A DNA stretch of 63,175 bases, counting the filler, from Octopus bimaculoides (Eukaryota): the NCBI RefSeq assembly GCF_001194135.2. It is 6 parts of 6 records of this genome, joined end to end, with 100 filler letters (N's around TTAATTAATTAA, not from the genome) between each part and the next. Parts side by side here need not be neighbours in the genome. Positions count along the whole stretch, not along the records: positions 1 to 29,008 come from NC_068994.1; 5 more parts are not named here. One strand, 5' to 3'. Each line of letters opens with the position of its first letter. The stretch's first letter is position 1. The notes under the pieces were generated by a model, which saw nothing but the letters and a program-made list of their open reading frames with translations, did not search any database and was not told the origin of the DNA. The translations under genes and the position numbers were made by a program. Positions 1 to 11,718 of this stretch are shown here, in pieces.

Positions 1-35
<35 letters not shown>

Positions 36-100
36 AGTTGAAATTTACAGAAAAACAAAAGACGAAGACAGGTGCATAAACAACAAGAAGGTGCATTAGT

Positions 101-324
101 TTGACGCTCGGAAAAGTGAGAAAGTCTTTTACTTTTCAAGCCTACGCTCTTCAACAGAAAAGAACACGACGAAATAAACAGAGAGAATAAAAAACTTGTG
201 GAGTTAGCGGTCAAGCCGCTAAAGCTTTTTTTATTCTCTCTCTCTGTTTGTTTTCTCGTGTTCCTTTCTGTGGAAGAAGGTAGGCTCGAAACGTAAAATA
301 TTTTTTCACCTTCTCGAGCGTCAA
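101..324. repeat. Foldback palindrome of a Penelope-like terminal repeat
   Basis: Arms ~101-200 and ~225-324 are reverse complements; the central ttagcgg-tcaag-ccgctaa is itself a hairpin. The Penelope assignment rests on the acgtttcgagc...ctctt motif. Confidence 0.7.
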
Positions 325-429
325 TGGGTTTCGTGTAAAGAATACAATGTAGTGTTAGGTAACAAACCGATTATATAACTTTACACTCATCAAAATTTAC
401 CGATGAGGAAGTGAATATAGTGACTGCTA

Positions 430-725
430 TATATATCATGAGGTAGTGAGTTCGATCCCTGGACCAGGTTCTGTGTTGTGTTCTTGAACATGACATTTTA
501 CTTCACGTTGTTCCAATTCACTGAGCTGTAGGAATGAGTTGTGACATCACTGGGGGTTAATGTCCTTGTGTTCTTATCCCTTGGATAACATCGATGGTGT
601 GGAGAGGTTGCTATGCATGGGCGACTGCTGGTTTTCCATAAATAACCGTGCTCGGACCTGTGCCTCCGAAGGGAACTTTCTAGGTGCAATCTCATAGTCA
701 GTCATGACCGAAAGGGTCTTAACCT
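430..725 (+). mobile_element. tRNA-derived SINE with a conserved central domain (gtgttcttgaac/agcaa type)
   Basis: gagttcgatccc B-box followed by tgttgtgttcttgaac...cttcacgttg.tcca.ttcact.agctg. Related pieces at ~6060-6180, 27120-27290, 31880-32070, 35440-35580 and 44490-44610. Confidence 0.6.
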
Positions 726-1423
726 TTGTATGTATGTATGTAATTCGAAGCAAAAGCGGTGCCAAATCCCGATCCGCTTCAGTGATATAATTTTAGTTAT
801 GCGAATTCGCTGAAGTGTAACTGTTGACCAAACATGCAGCTCATAAACAAATGTAACAAAAAGGCTTCATCACGTGACAATGTCATGACAAGTTTGACGT
901 TCAATACTGCAAACAGGTTCAACAGTAAGTTAGGAGTGATAACAGCCATACTGCATTATGTAATCTTTAAAATATTGTTCATGCGTATCCACTCCTCGTT
1001 TTGATGTGTTTTGTACTTGTTTTTCTTTGAATTTTTTTTTTAGTGAAGTGACGATCTATCTCAAAAGAAAGAAAGCTGGTTACTTTACATCATATTCATA
1101 GCAATATATTTATACCTTCCGGATCTCTTTAATCATTGGCCGCTTGTCTTTGTTGGACTTAAACTAACAGCTGACTGAATTAATACGTTCAAAGAAGACA
1201 CCGCTTCACCATGTGCATGCATTACCTATAATGGCACCTTAATTATTTTAAAACTTTCCTTCAACTAACCATTGAAGTCATTGCGCGACACAAATTTGTC
1301 ACTTCCAAACAATCGACAATGGAGTTTCTTGTTGAATAAACACCAAAGATCTCTTGAGCATGTCAGCTTAACTATAACTTAAGAAGTATAAAGCTGATAT
1401 ATACAGTGAGAAATGTTCTTTTA

Positions 1424-1802
1424 GAGTAAAGATTGTTTGCCAACATAACATGGCAGTCCTGGTTTAGGACGAATGTAATTTATATATATATATAGTAACC
1501 TTCTAATTTATAGATCAGTGACTAGCTGTTACTTTGAAAACTATATATTTCGAGCGGGAATTTGGCAGCGCCACCTCTAGCCGAACAATTATTCTGTGCT
1601 GATGAAGGGAAATAACCTGGGAATCGCGATACAAAAATATTGTTTTGAGCTGAGTGGGGGTGCTAGATTCCTTTGTTCGAAAATGTAAGGAGACAGATCG
1701 TGCCGTATAGCCAGCTGGAGACGATGTCTCCTGGGGCTAAATTACAGCAACATTCGTCCTAAACCAGGACTGCTTTGTTATGTTGGCAAACAATCTTTAC
1801 TC
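1424..1802. mobile_element. MITE-like element with ~53 bp inverted arms
   Basis: 1424-1476 (gagtaaagattgtttgccaacataac..gcagtcctggtttaggacgaatgt) is the reverse complement of 1750-1802 with few mismatches. Confidence 0.75.
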
Positions 1803-3033
1803 CAAAGTACTGTTGCTGAATATCTCAAGTTGTGAGATTTAAAAATAGTAATTTTCTAAATGTTCTTTTATTCTTTTAACTTTTTTCAGNNNNNNNNNNN
1901 NNNNNNNNNNNNNNNNNNNNNNNNNNNNNNNNNNNNNNNNNNNNNNNNNNNNNNNNNNNNNNNNNNNNNNNNNNNNNNNNNNNNNNNNNNNNNNNNNNNN
2001 NNNNNNNNNNNNNNNNNNNNNNNNNNNNNNNNNNNNNNNNNNNNNNNNNNNNNNNNNNNNNNNNNNNNAACGAACGCAGGACTTGGAAATAGCCTCGAAA
2101 GTTTCTCAGAATTATGGTTCTACTGTTGAAGCAGAAAATAATGCTGCAGTGGCTCAACCATAGTAGCTACAGATGTATTTTTGAATGTTGAAATAAAACT
2201 AGCCCTGAAAAGTGATTTCTTTTGTGGAGCAGAGTCTCGTCGAGGTCTAGTATGTTATGTCTACGAAAATTTTCTGCGACATGATCGCACTCAAATGTCC
2301 AGGCTACGATGCTGCTTAATTCTGGTCTAATTAAGAAAAAAAAAAGGGGGGGGGGTACTTTTCAAAAGTACCTTTTTTTTTATTACGTTGAGTCAAGTTG
2401 AAAAGAATTAGTAAGCTCTTCTGTTTTGTCTGCGTTACTCACCAGTATCCTTTCTGCATTAATAGACTCTATCGTAGACTTACCCGTTCAAAAGACTTTT
2501 CTGAAATGGCTCTCTGTTTACACGGGTACAAATACTTCCGAAAATTATTTCGTAATCAGTTGTGTGTACTCTAAGGTTATTGTCTAAAGACTACAAAAAT
2601 ATGGTGTCGGTAGTTTCAATTAATTTCGCTGCGCCAATCAAAAGGTATAGTTAGCTTGAATTTAAGGTAAAAGACTACCCGAGCTGTCGACTACGTTTCC
2701 TCACCGAGCTTCATTGCTGAGCTAACACTATTCTTTGCATTTCTCCAAGAATACAATTCCTTTTCTGATTTAGTGTCCACTCACCGCTTTAACCGGTTTT
2801 TGGTGGTTTGTTTTCTAACCTTTCAAACATTCGATTCGCTCAGAATGCTTTCTATTCTGCATCCAGATTTTAAACTTGTGTTTACAAATCCACTCTACTT
2901 GATCGGTAATTAAACAGAATGCTCAAAGAAGACATTATTGGATTAATTGACTCACCCTGGCAAACTCAAATACACAGCGTTAATGGTAACAGCATAAGTT
3001 GATTGCACCGAACTTCGCAGAAATAATTGACGA

Positions 3034-3195
3034 GGCGCAGGAGTGGCTGTGTGATAAATAGCTTGCTTACCAACCACAAGGTTCCAGGTTCAGTTCCACT
3101 GCGTGACACCTTGGGCAAGTGTCTTCTACTATAGCCTCGGGCCGACCAAAACCTTGTTAGTGGATTTGGCAGACGAAAACTGAAACAAGTCCATC

Positions 3196-3200
<5 letters not shown>
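3034..3200 (+). mobile_element. SINE family A 5' half
   Basis: Same head sequence; truncated by a TA repeat and gap. Confidence 0.85.
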
Positions 3201-3231
<31 letters not shown>

Positions 3232-4314
3232 NNNNNNNNNNNNNNNNNNNNNNNNNNNNNNNNNNNNNNNNNNNNNNNNNNNNNNNNNNNNNNNNNNNNN
3301 NNNNNNNNNNNNNNNNNNNNNNNNNNNNNNNNNNNNNNNNNNNNNNNNNNNNNNNNNNNNNNNNNNNNNNNNNNNNNNNNNNNNNNNNNNNNNNNNNNNN
3401 NNNNNNNNNNNNNNNNNNNNNNNNNNNNNNNNNNNNNNNNNNNNNNNNNNNNNNNNNNNNNNNNNNNNNNNNNNNNNNNNNNNNNNNNNNNNNNNNNNNN
3501 NNNNNNNNNNNNNNNNNNNNNNNNNNNNNNNNNNNNNNNNNNNNNNNNNNNNNNNNNNNNNNNNNNNNNNNNNNNNNNNNNNNNNNNNNNNNNNNNNNNN
3601 NNNNNNNNNNNNNNNNNNNNNNNNNNNNNNNNNNNNNNNNNNNNNNNNNNNNNNNNNNNNNNNNNNNNNNNNNNNNNNNNNNNNNNNNNNNNNNNNNNNN
3701 NNNNNNNNNNNNNNNNNNNNNNNNNNNNNNNNNNNNNNNNNNNNNNNNNNNNNNNNNNNNNNNNNNNNNNNNNNNNNNNNNNNNNNNNNNNNNNNNNNNN
3801 NNNNNNNNNNNNNNNNNNNNNNNNNNNNNNNNNNNNNNNNNNNNNNNNNNNNNNNNNNNNNNNNNNNNNNNNNNNNNNNNNNNNNNNNNNNNNNNNNNNN
3901 NNNNNNNNNNNNNNNNNNNNNNNNNNNNNNNNNNNNNNGCTAACCTCTTGAACACTTCCATTCCTTCATCAGACTCTCATTTGGAAGGTAATTATGCAGG
4001 GCATATATTTACATTTCTGTCCTTGAAGCCAGGACACTCAATTCTCCGCAGTGAGAACTTACCTTCCAAAAGAAAGAAGTGATTTGGAGCTTAGCAAATA
4101 GTATCAAATTTAATTTTCAATATTTGCATGGTAATATTGTAATAGTTAGGAAAATGGTGATCTGGCAGAATCGTTGACATGCCGGGTAAAATGCTTAGCG
4201 GCATTTCGTCGGTCTTTGGTATCGGTGTCTGGTCTCTTTGCACGACATCAGTAGAAGCCCACTGGCTATTTGCGAAACCAGTGGTTTGATAATCACTGTT
4301 TTTCTTTATAAACA

Positions 4315-4605
4315 GAAGCAAAATTTATCTAAGCTTTCGATAGAGTCGACCATCAATACTTGGTGGCCGTTCTCACGGCGGCCGGTTTCGGTCCCGTTTT
4401 TCGTGATTGGATCACTGCAACATACAGCGACATTTTCTCGGTAGTTCGGGTGAATAGTGGCCAATCGGAACCATTCAACATCATGCATTCGGTCCGTCAA
4501 GTGTGTCGCCTCTCCTCTCTTCTGCTTGTACTGGCTCTTGACCCAATACTGTAGAAATTGGAGGCATTGAGAAGCATCCCGCGCGAACTAGGGCGAGGGA
4601 GCGGC
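4315..4605 (+). mobile_element. L1/Tx1-clade LINE reverse transcriptase fragment
   Basis: LSKAFDRVDHQYLVAVLTAAGFGPVFRDWI...VVRVN...SEPFNIMHSVRQ.C.LS.LL.VLALDP, across frameshifts. Confidence 0.8.
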
Positions 4606-4802
4606 GTTTCTTCCGGTTCTTTACGTTCCGAGTTCAAACTCCACTAAGGTCGATTTTTCGGATCTATAAAATAAGTACCAGTCGACTAGCCCCCACTGTG
4701 CTCAGTATAATTTACTGCCACTTGATTCGGTGGACCTGAAAAGAACCGGGGTTTGCACCCCTTACTCCTAATGGAGACTTATTAAAAACATAACTAACAA
4801 AA

Positions 4803-5178
4803 CAGGAGTGGCTGTGTGCTAAGTAGCTTGCTTACCAACCACATAGTTCCGGGTTCAGTCCCACTGCGTGGCACCTTGGGCAAGTGTCTTCTACTATAGC
4901 CTCGGGTCGACCAAAGCCTTGTGAGTGGATTTGGTAGACGGAAACTGAAAGAAGCCCGTCGTATATATGTATATATATATATGTATGTATGTGTGTATGC
5001 TTGTGTGTCTGTGTTTGTCTTCCTAGCATTGCTTGACAACCGATGCTGGTGTGTTTATGTCCCCGTTACTTAGCGGTTCGGCAAAAAGAGACCGACAGAA
5101 TAAGTACTAGGCTTACAAAGAATAAGTCCCGGGGTCGATTTGCTCGACTAAAGGCGGTGCTCCAGCATGGCTACAGTC
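4803..5178 (+). mobile_element. SINE family A copy
   Basis: Near-identical to 45954-46370. Confidence 0.85.
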
Positions 5179-6201
5179 NNNNNNNNNNNNNNNNNNNNNN
5201 NNNNNNNNNNNNNNNNNNNNNNNNNNNNNNNNNNNNNNNNNNNNNNNNNNNNNNNNNNNNNNNNNNNNNNNNNNNNNNNNNNNNNNNNNNNNNNNNNNNN
5301 NNNNNNNNNNNNNNNNNNNNNNNNNNNNNNNNNNNNNNNNNNNNNNNNNNNNNNNNNNNNNNNNNNNNNNNNNNNNNNNNNNNNNNNNNNNNNNNNNNNN
5401 NNNNNNNNNNNNNNNNNNNNNNNNNNNNNNNNNNNNNNNNNNNNNNNNNNNNNNNNNNNNNNNNNNNNNNNNNNNNNNNNNNNNNNNNNNNNNGGTCCTG
5501 CTTAGTTCTTAAAATGTTTAAATACCTCACCCTTGCAAGAAAAAAATAAAATGAAATAAAATGAAAATAGAAAAAAAATGGAAAGAAATAAAATTATAGT
5601 ACCGAGCCATTATGGTGCAATACAACCCTTAACACCACCACCGCCGCCACCACCACCACCACCACCAGCGCCTCCACCAACGCCTCCACCTCCAGTATCA
5701 AGACCACCATCACAACCATCGCCAGCATCATCACCGTCAACTCATATCTCTTATCATCCATTACAGTTACAAGGCTCACATGAAGTAATTTAATAATTAA
5801 AAAAAAATTAATAAACCTCAAATATGCAGAAAATGTATTTAATGCCAATTTAATTATTTAAAAACGCAATTTGAACAGAAATCCCAAAATTTTGCAGTGA
5901 TAAACACCTGACAAGCAAATCTGTGGTATTGAGCAGAATATTTGCTGAAGCCCATCTTTTATACCAAGACATATCATGTACATGATTTGTCTTGGTATAA
6001 AAGTTGGACTACAGCAAATATATATATATTCCCCGCCTGGATTGGACACCGGTCATTTTTGCCTCATTTTTAAACGTGAAATGAAGTTTTTGCTCAAGAA
6101 TACAATGCAGTGCCCGGTCCAGGAATCGAAACTACAATATTACGATCATGAGCCCAATACTCTAACCACTAAGCCACGCGCTTCCCGTATAATAATAATA
6201 A

Positions 6202-6738
6202 ATGTCCGGATGCAGTACCAGGCAGTGGCTCTCATGACTTCTCATCTTAACTGATTGGAAGTGTTATCATGTACATTGTTTTGTCTTGGTATAAAAGATG
6301 TGGACTATAGCAAAAATTCTGCTCAATACCACAGATTTGCTTGTCAGTTGTTTGACCTTAACCATTTGAGCATGTCCCTTAGTGGCTGACGATATGTCCA
6401 TCTCTGATCGCAAGCAGAAATTGTGGGGGAGCATCATAGCCATGTGTTGAGAGTAATTCTTTGTGGTTTGAATAATTCACCTTTGGAAACATCCTTAAAC
6501 AACCCTTATTCAAGGACCTTTTGAGCGGGATGGGCGACTCAACCTAAAGATAATTCTAACTGGGTCCCATCTGTAAGGTCTGTTCGTCTTGATATGAGAT
6601 CACTATGTCGCGCACATATAGTTGTGATGCATGTGCCTGGTGTACCCTTATCAGACGGGTAGTCATGATGGGTATACTGAGCTTCGTATATTTTACCCCA
6701 GTGTCACTTTGATGGCATACACTGTTCTCTCACTCAAT
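6202..6738 (+). mobile_element. ~540 bp interspersed repeat, copy 1 (AAT-flanked)
   Basis: Colinear and highly similar to 32975-33534 (ggatgcagtaccaggcagtggctctcatga ... ctctcactcaat); non-coding. Confidence 0.85.
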
Positions 6739-7014
6739 GACAGCAACAACAGCAACAACAACAACAATAATAATAATAATAAAAATAATGATAATTGTTT
6801 CAAACTTTGGCACAAGACCAGCAAATTCGGAGGAGGGGGCTAGTCGATTTCATCGATCCCAGAACTCAACTGGTACTTTTTATTATCGACCCAGAAAAGA
6901 TGAAAGGCAAAGCTGACGTCAGAAAAAAAATTTGAGCTCAGAACATAAAGACGGAAGAAATGCTTTTCGGCTTTTTATCCGGTGCAGTACCAAGTCTTCC
7001 CGCTTGATGTTCTC

Positions 7015-7076
<62 letters not shown>

Positions 7077-7090
7077 TAATAATAATAATA

Positions 7091-7523
7091 ACAGCAGATG
7101 CAATGATCCAGTGCGATCACCCGACCAGACATCGAAACCGGACATTGTTGTGTAGTGGAAAACAAAAAAGAGCACGTATGGTAATCGACAAAGCATGCCC
7201 CAGTGACAGCAGGATCAATGTGAAAGAAGAAGAAATAATAAACAACTATGACAGTTTAAAATGGGAAATACGAAGGTTGTGGACAATGAAGAGATTAGAT
7301 GCGATATCAACAGTAATTGGTGCATTTGGAAGCATCAGCACTCAGTTACCAACGTGGCTGTAAAAGATCGGAGCAAGTGTGAAGGTAGAACACCTACAAG
7401 AATCAGTATTGCTTGGAACTGTAAGAATTCTTCGCAGGGTTCTTGAAGCATTCCCAGTAACCAAGTGTCACATTAGTCTGCTGGCTGTGCCATCATACCC
7501 AGCAAAATAAGCTGTGAGGTTTC

Positions 7524-7526
<3 letters not shown>
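7091..7526 (+). mobile_element. R4/Dong-clade 3' end (RLE endonuclease), decayed
   Basis: IQCDH..., KPDIVV (shifted frame), VIDKACPSD...KEEE...YDSLKWEIRRLW...VIGAFG...LQESVLLGTVRILRRVL, with one stop and frameshifts. (AAT)n tracts on both sides. Confidence 0.85.
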
Positions 7527-7580
<54 letters not shown>

Positions 7581-8322
7581 TGATGATGGTAATGATGATG
7601 ATAATGATGGGGATGCACCTGATATAATATTCCATAAGAGTCAAATCTCAGTAACTGATGAAATCATAATAAAACGTAGACACACCTTTATAATANNNNN
7701 NNNNNNNNNNNNNNNNNNNNNNNNNNNNNNNNNNNNNNNNNNNNNNNNNNNNNNNNNNNNNNNNNNNNNNNNNNNNNNNNNNNNNNNNNNNNNNNNNNNN
7801 NNNNNNNNNNNNNNNNNNNNNNNNNNNNNNNNNNNNNNNNNNNNNNNNNNNNNNNNNNNNNNNNNNNNNNNNNNNNNNNNNNNNNNNNNNNNNNNNNNNN
7901 NNNNNNNNNNNNNNNNNNNNNNNNNNNNNNNNNNNNNNNNNNNNNNNNNNNNNNNNNNNNNNNNNNNNNNNNNNNNNNNNNNNNNNNNNNNNNNNNNNNN
8001 NNNNNNNNNNNNNNNNNNNNNNNNNNNNNNNNNNNNNNNNNNNNNNNNNNNNNNNNNNNNNNNNNNNNNNNNNNNNNNNNNNNNNNNNNNNNNNNNNNNN
8101 NNNNNNNNNNNNNNNNNNNNNNNNNNNNNNNNNNNNNNNNNNNNNNNNNNNNNNNNNNNNNNNNNNNNNNNNNNNNNNNNNNNNNNNNNNNNNNNNNNNN
8201 NNNNNNNNNNNNNNNNNNNNNNNNNNNNNNNNNNNNNNNNNCACACATACTTGCATACATACATATACATACATATAAATATATATATATATATGTATAT
8301 CTATACACTCATACATGCATAT

Positions 8323-8407
<85 letters not shown>

Positions 8408-8467
8408 ACATACCTGTGTGTCTGTGTGTCTGTGTGTATGTATATATATTTGTATGATACAGTCCCC

Positions 8468-9144
8468 TTATGTTGATGACGCTGCTGTCGCTGCTGTCGC
8501 TGCAGCTGTCCCTCCTGAGTCACCAGGACGACATGTGCAATGTGACCCTGGGCAGAAGCCAGCCTTGCAGTTGACATTACACCACATATCCATACCAGGA
8601 ACGACTTCGTATGTATCAACTGGATCACAAATCGGTTCTGGGGTTGTACTTTGCGTGGTACCCGGCGTTGTTGTTGGTGTTGTCGTTGGTGTTGTTGTTG
8701 GTGTAGTGGTCTGTGATGTTGTTGGTGTTGTTGTAGGTGCCGTCGTGGTTGTCGGGTAAGTTTTGCCGCTGCAATCGCAATGGGTATATGGACAAAATCC
8801 CCTGGCACAGTTGATGTCACACCAGTCTTCCATACCAGGTACCCCATAATACATTGGGGTAGTTATACAAGGAAATTCCATTTTTATATCTTGCAGGTTG
8901 TCGCACTTGCAATATTTTGAGAGGCAGTTGCCAGTTGAGCAGTGTTTTGTGCACCATTTGCTTATACCTGCTAAGTCAGTATAATTTCCGTTTCCGGTAC
9001 ATTTGATTTTGCTTTCATCAGTGACTTCTTTTCTCGATACAGGTGTTAAGTCAATATCGGTACGGGTGAATTTAGAACGTGCTTCTACGGTGATATTCAT
9101 ACATACAGCATAGTTTTTCGGGTTCGTGCTTGATGTGAAGTTCA
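8468..9144 (-). CDS. Terminal coding exon 3: end of LPMO-like domain (YAVCMNITV), three 6-Cys modules and a Thr/Pro-rich linker
   Basis: Long polypyrimidine acceptor ttctttcttttcattttctattctag|TG (phase 1, matching exon 2), 224 further codons, then TAA at 8468-8470. Three repeats of C-x14-WC-x3-C-x4-C-x4-C-x-C; PTTT-repeat linker between modules 2 and 3. Confidence 0.9.
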
Positions 9145-9280
9145 CTAGAATAGAAAATGAAAAGAAAGAAATAACCGGTAAAATTCATGCGTCTCACAGC
9201 ATTCTTATATTCGAGTGTTAGGCTTTAAACAACCTTCACTATGTAACGACATTGAGGACATAAGCCATATATTTAACATA

Positions 9281-9448
9281 GGTGCAGACCTGGCAGTGTG
9301 GCTAAGAAATTTGCTTCGTCACTAAACAAGCATGTTTCGTGTTCAATCACACTCGACAACACCTTGGGAAAGTGTCTTCCATTATAGCGACGGGAACTAA
9401 ACAATGATTGGTGAATAAATCTGGAGACAGAAACTGTGAGGAAGCCCG

Positions 9449-9496
<48 letters not shown>

Positions 9497-9520
9497 GTAT
9501 ATATATATATGTGTTTATAG

Positions 9521-9563
<43 letters not shown>

Positions 9564-9755
9564 GGCGCAGGCGTGGCCGTGTGGTAAGAGGCATGCTTCC
9601 CAACCATATGGTTCCGAATTCAGACCCACTGAATGTGGCTATGGTCGGTCCGAGGCTATAGTAGAAGACTTGCCCAAGGTGCCACGCAGTGGGACTGAAC
9701 CCGAAACCATGTGGCTGGTAAGCAAGCTACTTACCACACAGCCACTCCTTGTGCC
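9281..9755. mobile_element. Cluster of SINE family A pieces in intron 2 (9281-9450 +, 9564-9631 +, 9640-9755 -)
   Basis: Family A heads in both orientations, including an adjacent inverted pair. Confidence 0.8.
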
Positions 9756-10404
9756 TGTGTGGAGGAAGAGTAAACCATGTAAGTAAAGAACAAGAAACAT
9801 CGCCGGATTTTTCTTCTTTCAGTAGATTTGTTGAAACTTAAATATTTGAATTACCGTAACAGTTGCTATGGCAGAACCAATGTCGCTACTTAGAGTTTTG
9901 CGTAATGTTTATAAGTTAGGAATTAGAACTCATTGATGAAAAAAATAAACAAAAACAAACGATTATTACAATTATATAATTGTAAATTTGCTGAAATTGC
10001 AAAATTTATTTTGTAATAAAATAATACCGTTTGTTAAATTTGTATTAAGTATTCATAAATTGGGTCTACAAATTGTGTTATTAACCACAATAAAGAATCT
10101 CTGGTAATTTTTATCAAAATTTCCGATACATATTCTTCATGCAGATGAGGTTGGAGAAAAATGCTTTGGTACAAAGCAAAAAAAGAGAAAAAAAAAACAA
10201 AAAAACCGCACTTCAAGAAACGATAGCCACAGATTTCACAAACTTTATACATTTTAGCCCGTCCATTGGACATCTTTTTTTTTGTTTTTGCTTGTGTCCA
10301 GTGACACACCGATTCCAAAGGAATAGGTGTAAATTAATTAAGTTAAACTTCACAGTTTCGATACCTCATTGGTCCAGAACATCATATAAGAGAAGAGAAA
10401 TTTA

Positions 10405-10618
10405 TTTCAACTCTAGGGACAAGGCCTGAATTTTTTTTGGTGGGAGGGGGCCAGTCGATTAGATCGACGCCAGTACGCAACTGGTTCTTAATTTATCGAC
10501 CGCGAAAGGATAAAAGGCAAAGTCGACCTCGGCGGAATTTGAACTCAGAACGTAAAGACATACGAAATACCGCTAAGCATTTCGCCCGGCGTGCTAATGT
10601 TTCTGCCAGCTCGCCGCC
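10405..10618 (-). mobile_element. SINE family B copy in intron 2
   Basis: Reverse complement of the family B consensus. Confidence 0.85.
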
Positions 10619-10677
10619 TTATAATAAAAGAGAAACTTCGAAAGATATAACGGTGTGCGGTCAATACGTATATTTAC

Positions 10678-10966
10678 CTGGTTCGATGATCCATTGTACC
10701 ACGCAGTGTGAGCAGTCCATTTCTGATGGTAGAATTACTATGCCTATGAGAGCTTCAGTTGTGTATGTAACATGGGTCAGCTTCATTTGGTGTTTCATGA
10801 AACATTCTTGCGTGGCTGGTGTGCGGTCATCTTTCCTCGGACATATGTAATGTTCCAGAGTGAACAGAAAAGAGTCTTTCAGTGGGAAAGATGAAGTTAA
10901 TGTGTTTGTTACACTTGAGTAAATTATTGTGGAATTTTTCAGCATCACAGTTTGGTTCGAAAATAC
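10678..10966 (-). CDS. Coding exon 2: divergent AA15 LPMO-like (chitin-binding type-4) domain core
   Basis: Acceptor tgttctcttctag|GTA (phase 0) and donor CCAG|GTAAAT (phase 1); 289 nt with no stop. Contains ICPRKDDRTPATQECFMKHQMKL and ILPSEMDCSHCVVQW, matching remembered AA15 motifs LCPxN...TQECL..HxL and LPxxxxCxxCVLQW. Confidence 0.8.
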
Positions 10967-11663
10967 CTAGAAGAGAACAGACATACATGAATGGCTGAAA
11001 TACAGAAATATTTGCAATATTAAACTACGGACGACATTATCACATATACAAAGACCTGCAGTTAGCAAGACTATATGGACTGTGGCTCTGAAGTCATTTA
11101 ATAACATCTTGATAAATGGTGGTACTTAAAGAGATTGATAGTGCCTAATGGCGGATGACTTATAGATATGGCTTCTTAAATACGTCGCTTACATTAATTC
11201 TAATGAAGGTATGGACAGAAACCATAACTTCTTTATTCTGACATATATCGAGATATCTTTTAATAGGCGATACCGGTGCATTCGTATATATGCGCATGTA
11301 TGTATGTAAAGGGCAGATGGCGCTACGTAAGACCTTTTATATTTTATTCATTCCATAGGATTCACGACGTTATCATTTGACGGAATTTCCACTCAAGTAT
11401 TCTGTCATTCTATCATATTCTGTCGGGATCAGGAATTCATGTTTGGGATAAGTAGCACCTTCAAGCAGGTTTTGAATCGGGGATTTGTGTGTGTAGTTCT
11501 TTTCTCCGCCTTAATAATTCTTTCTACTGGAAGCTCAAGGCCTCACATTTTGGGAGAAGGGATTAAGTCGATTACATCGACCCAGTGCGCAACAGGTACT
11601 GCTTTTTTAATCGACCTCGAAAGGATGAAAGGAAAAGACGACCTCGGAGGAATGCACGCCGCC

Positions 11664-11718
<55 letters not shown>

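Noticed and set aside
7648-8847. 399-aa minus-strand ORF and the plus-strand 8418-8759 ORF
   Set aside because: Alternative-frame or antisense shadows of the real exon 3, extended through microsatellite and Ns.
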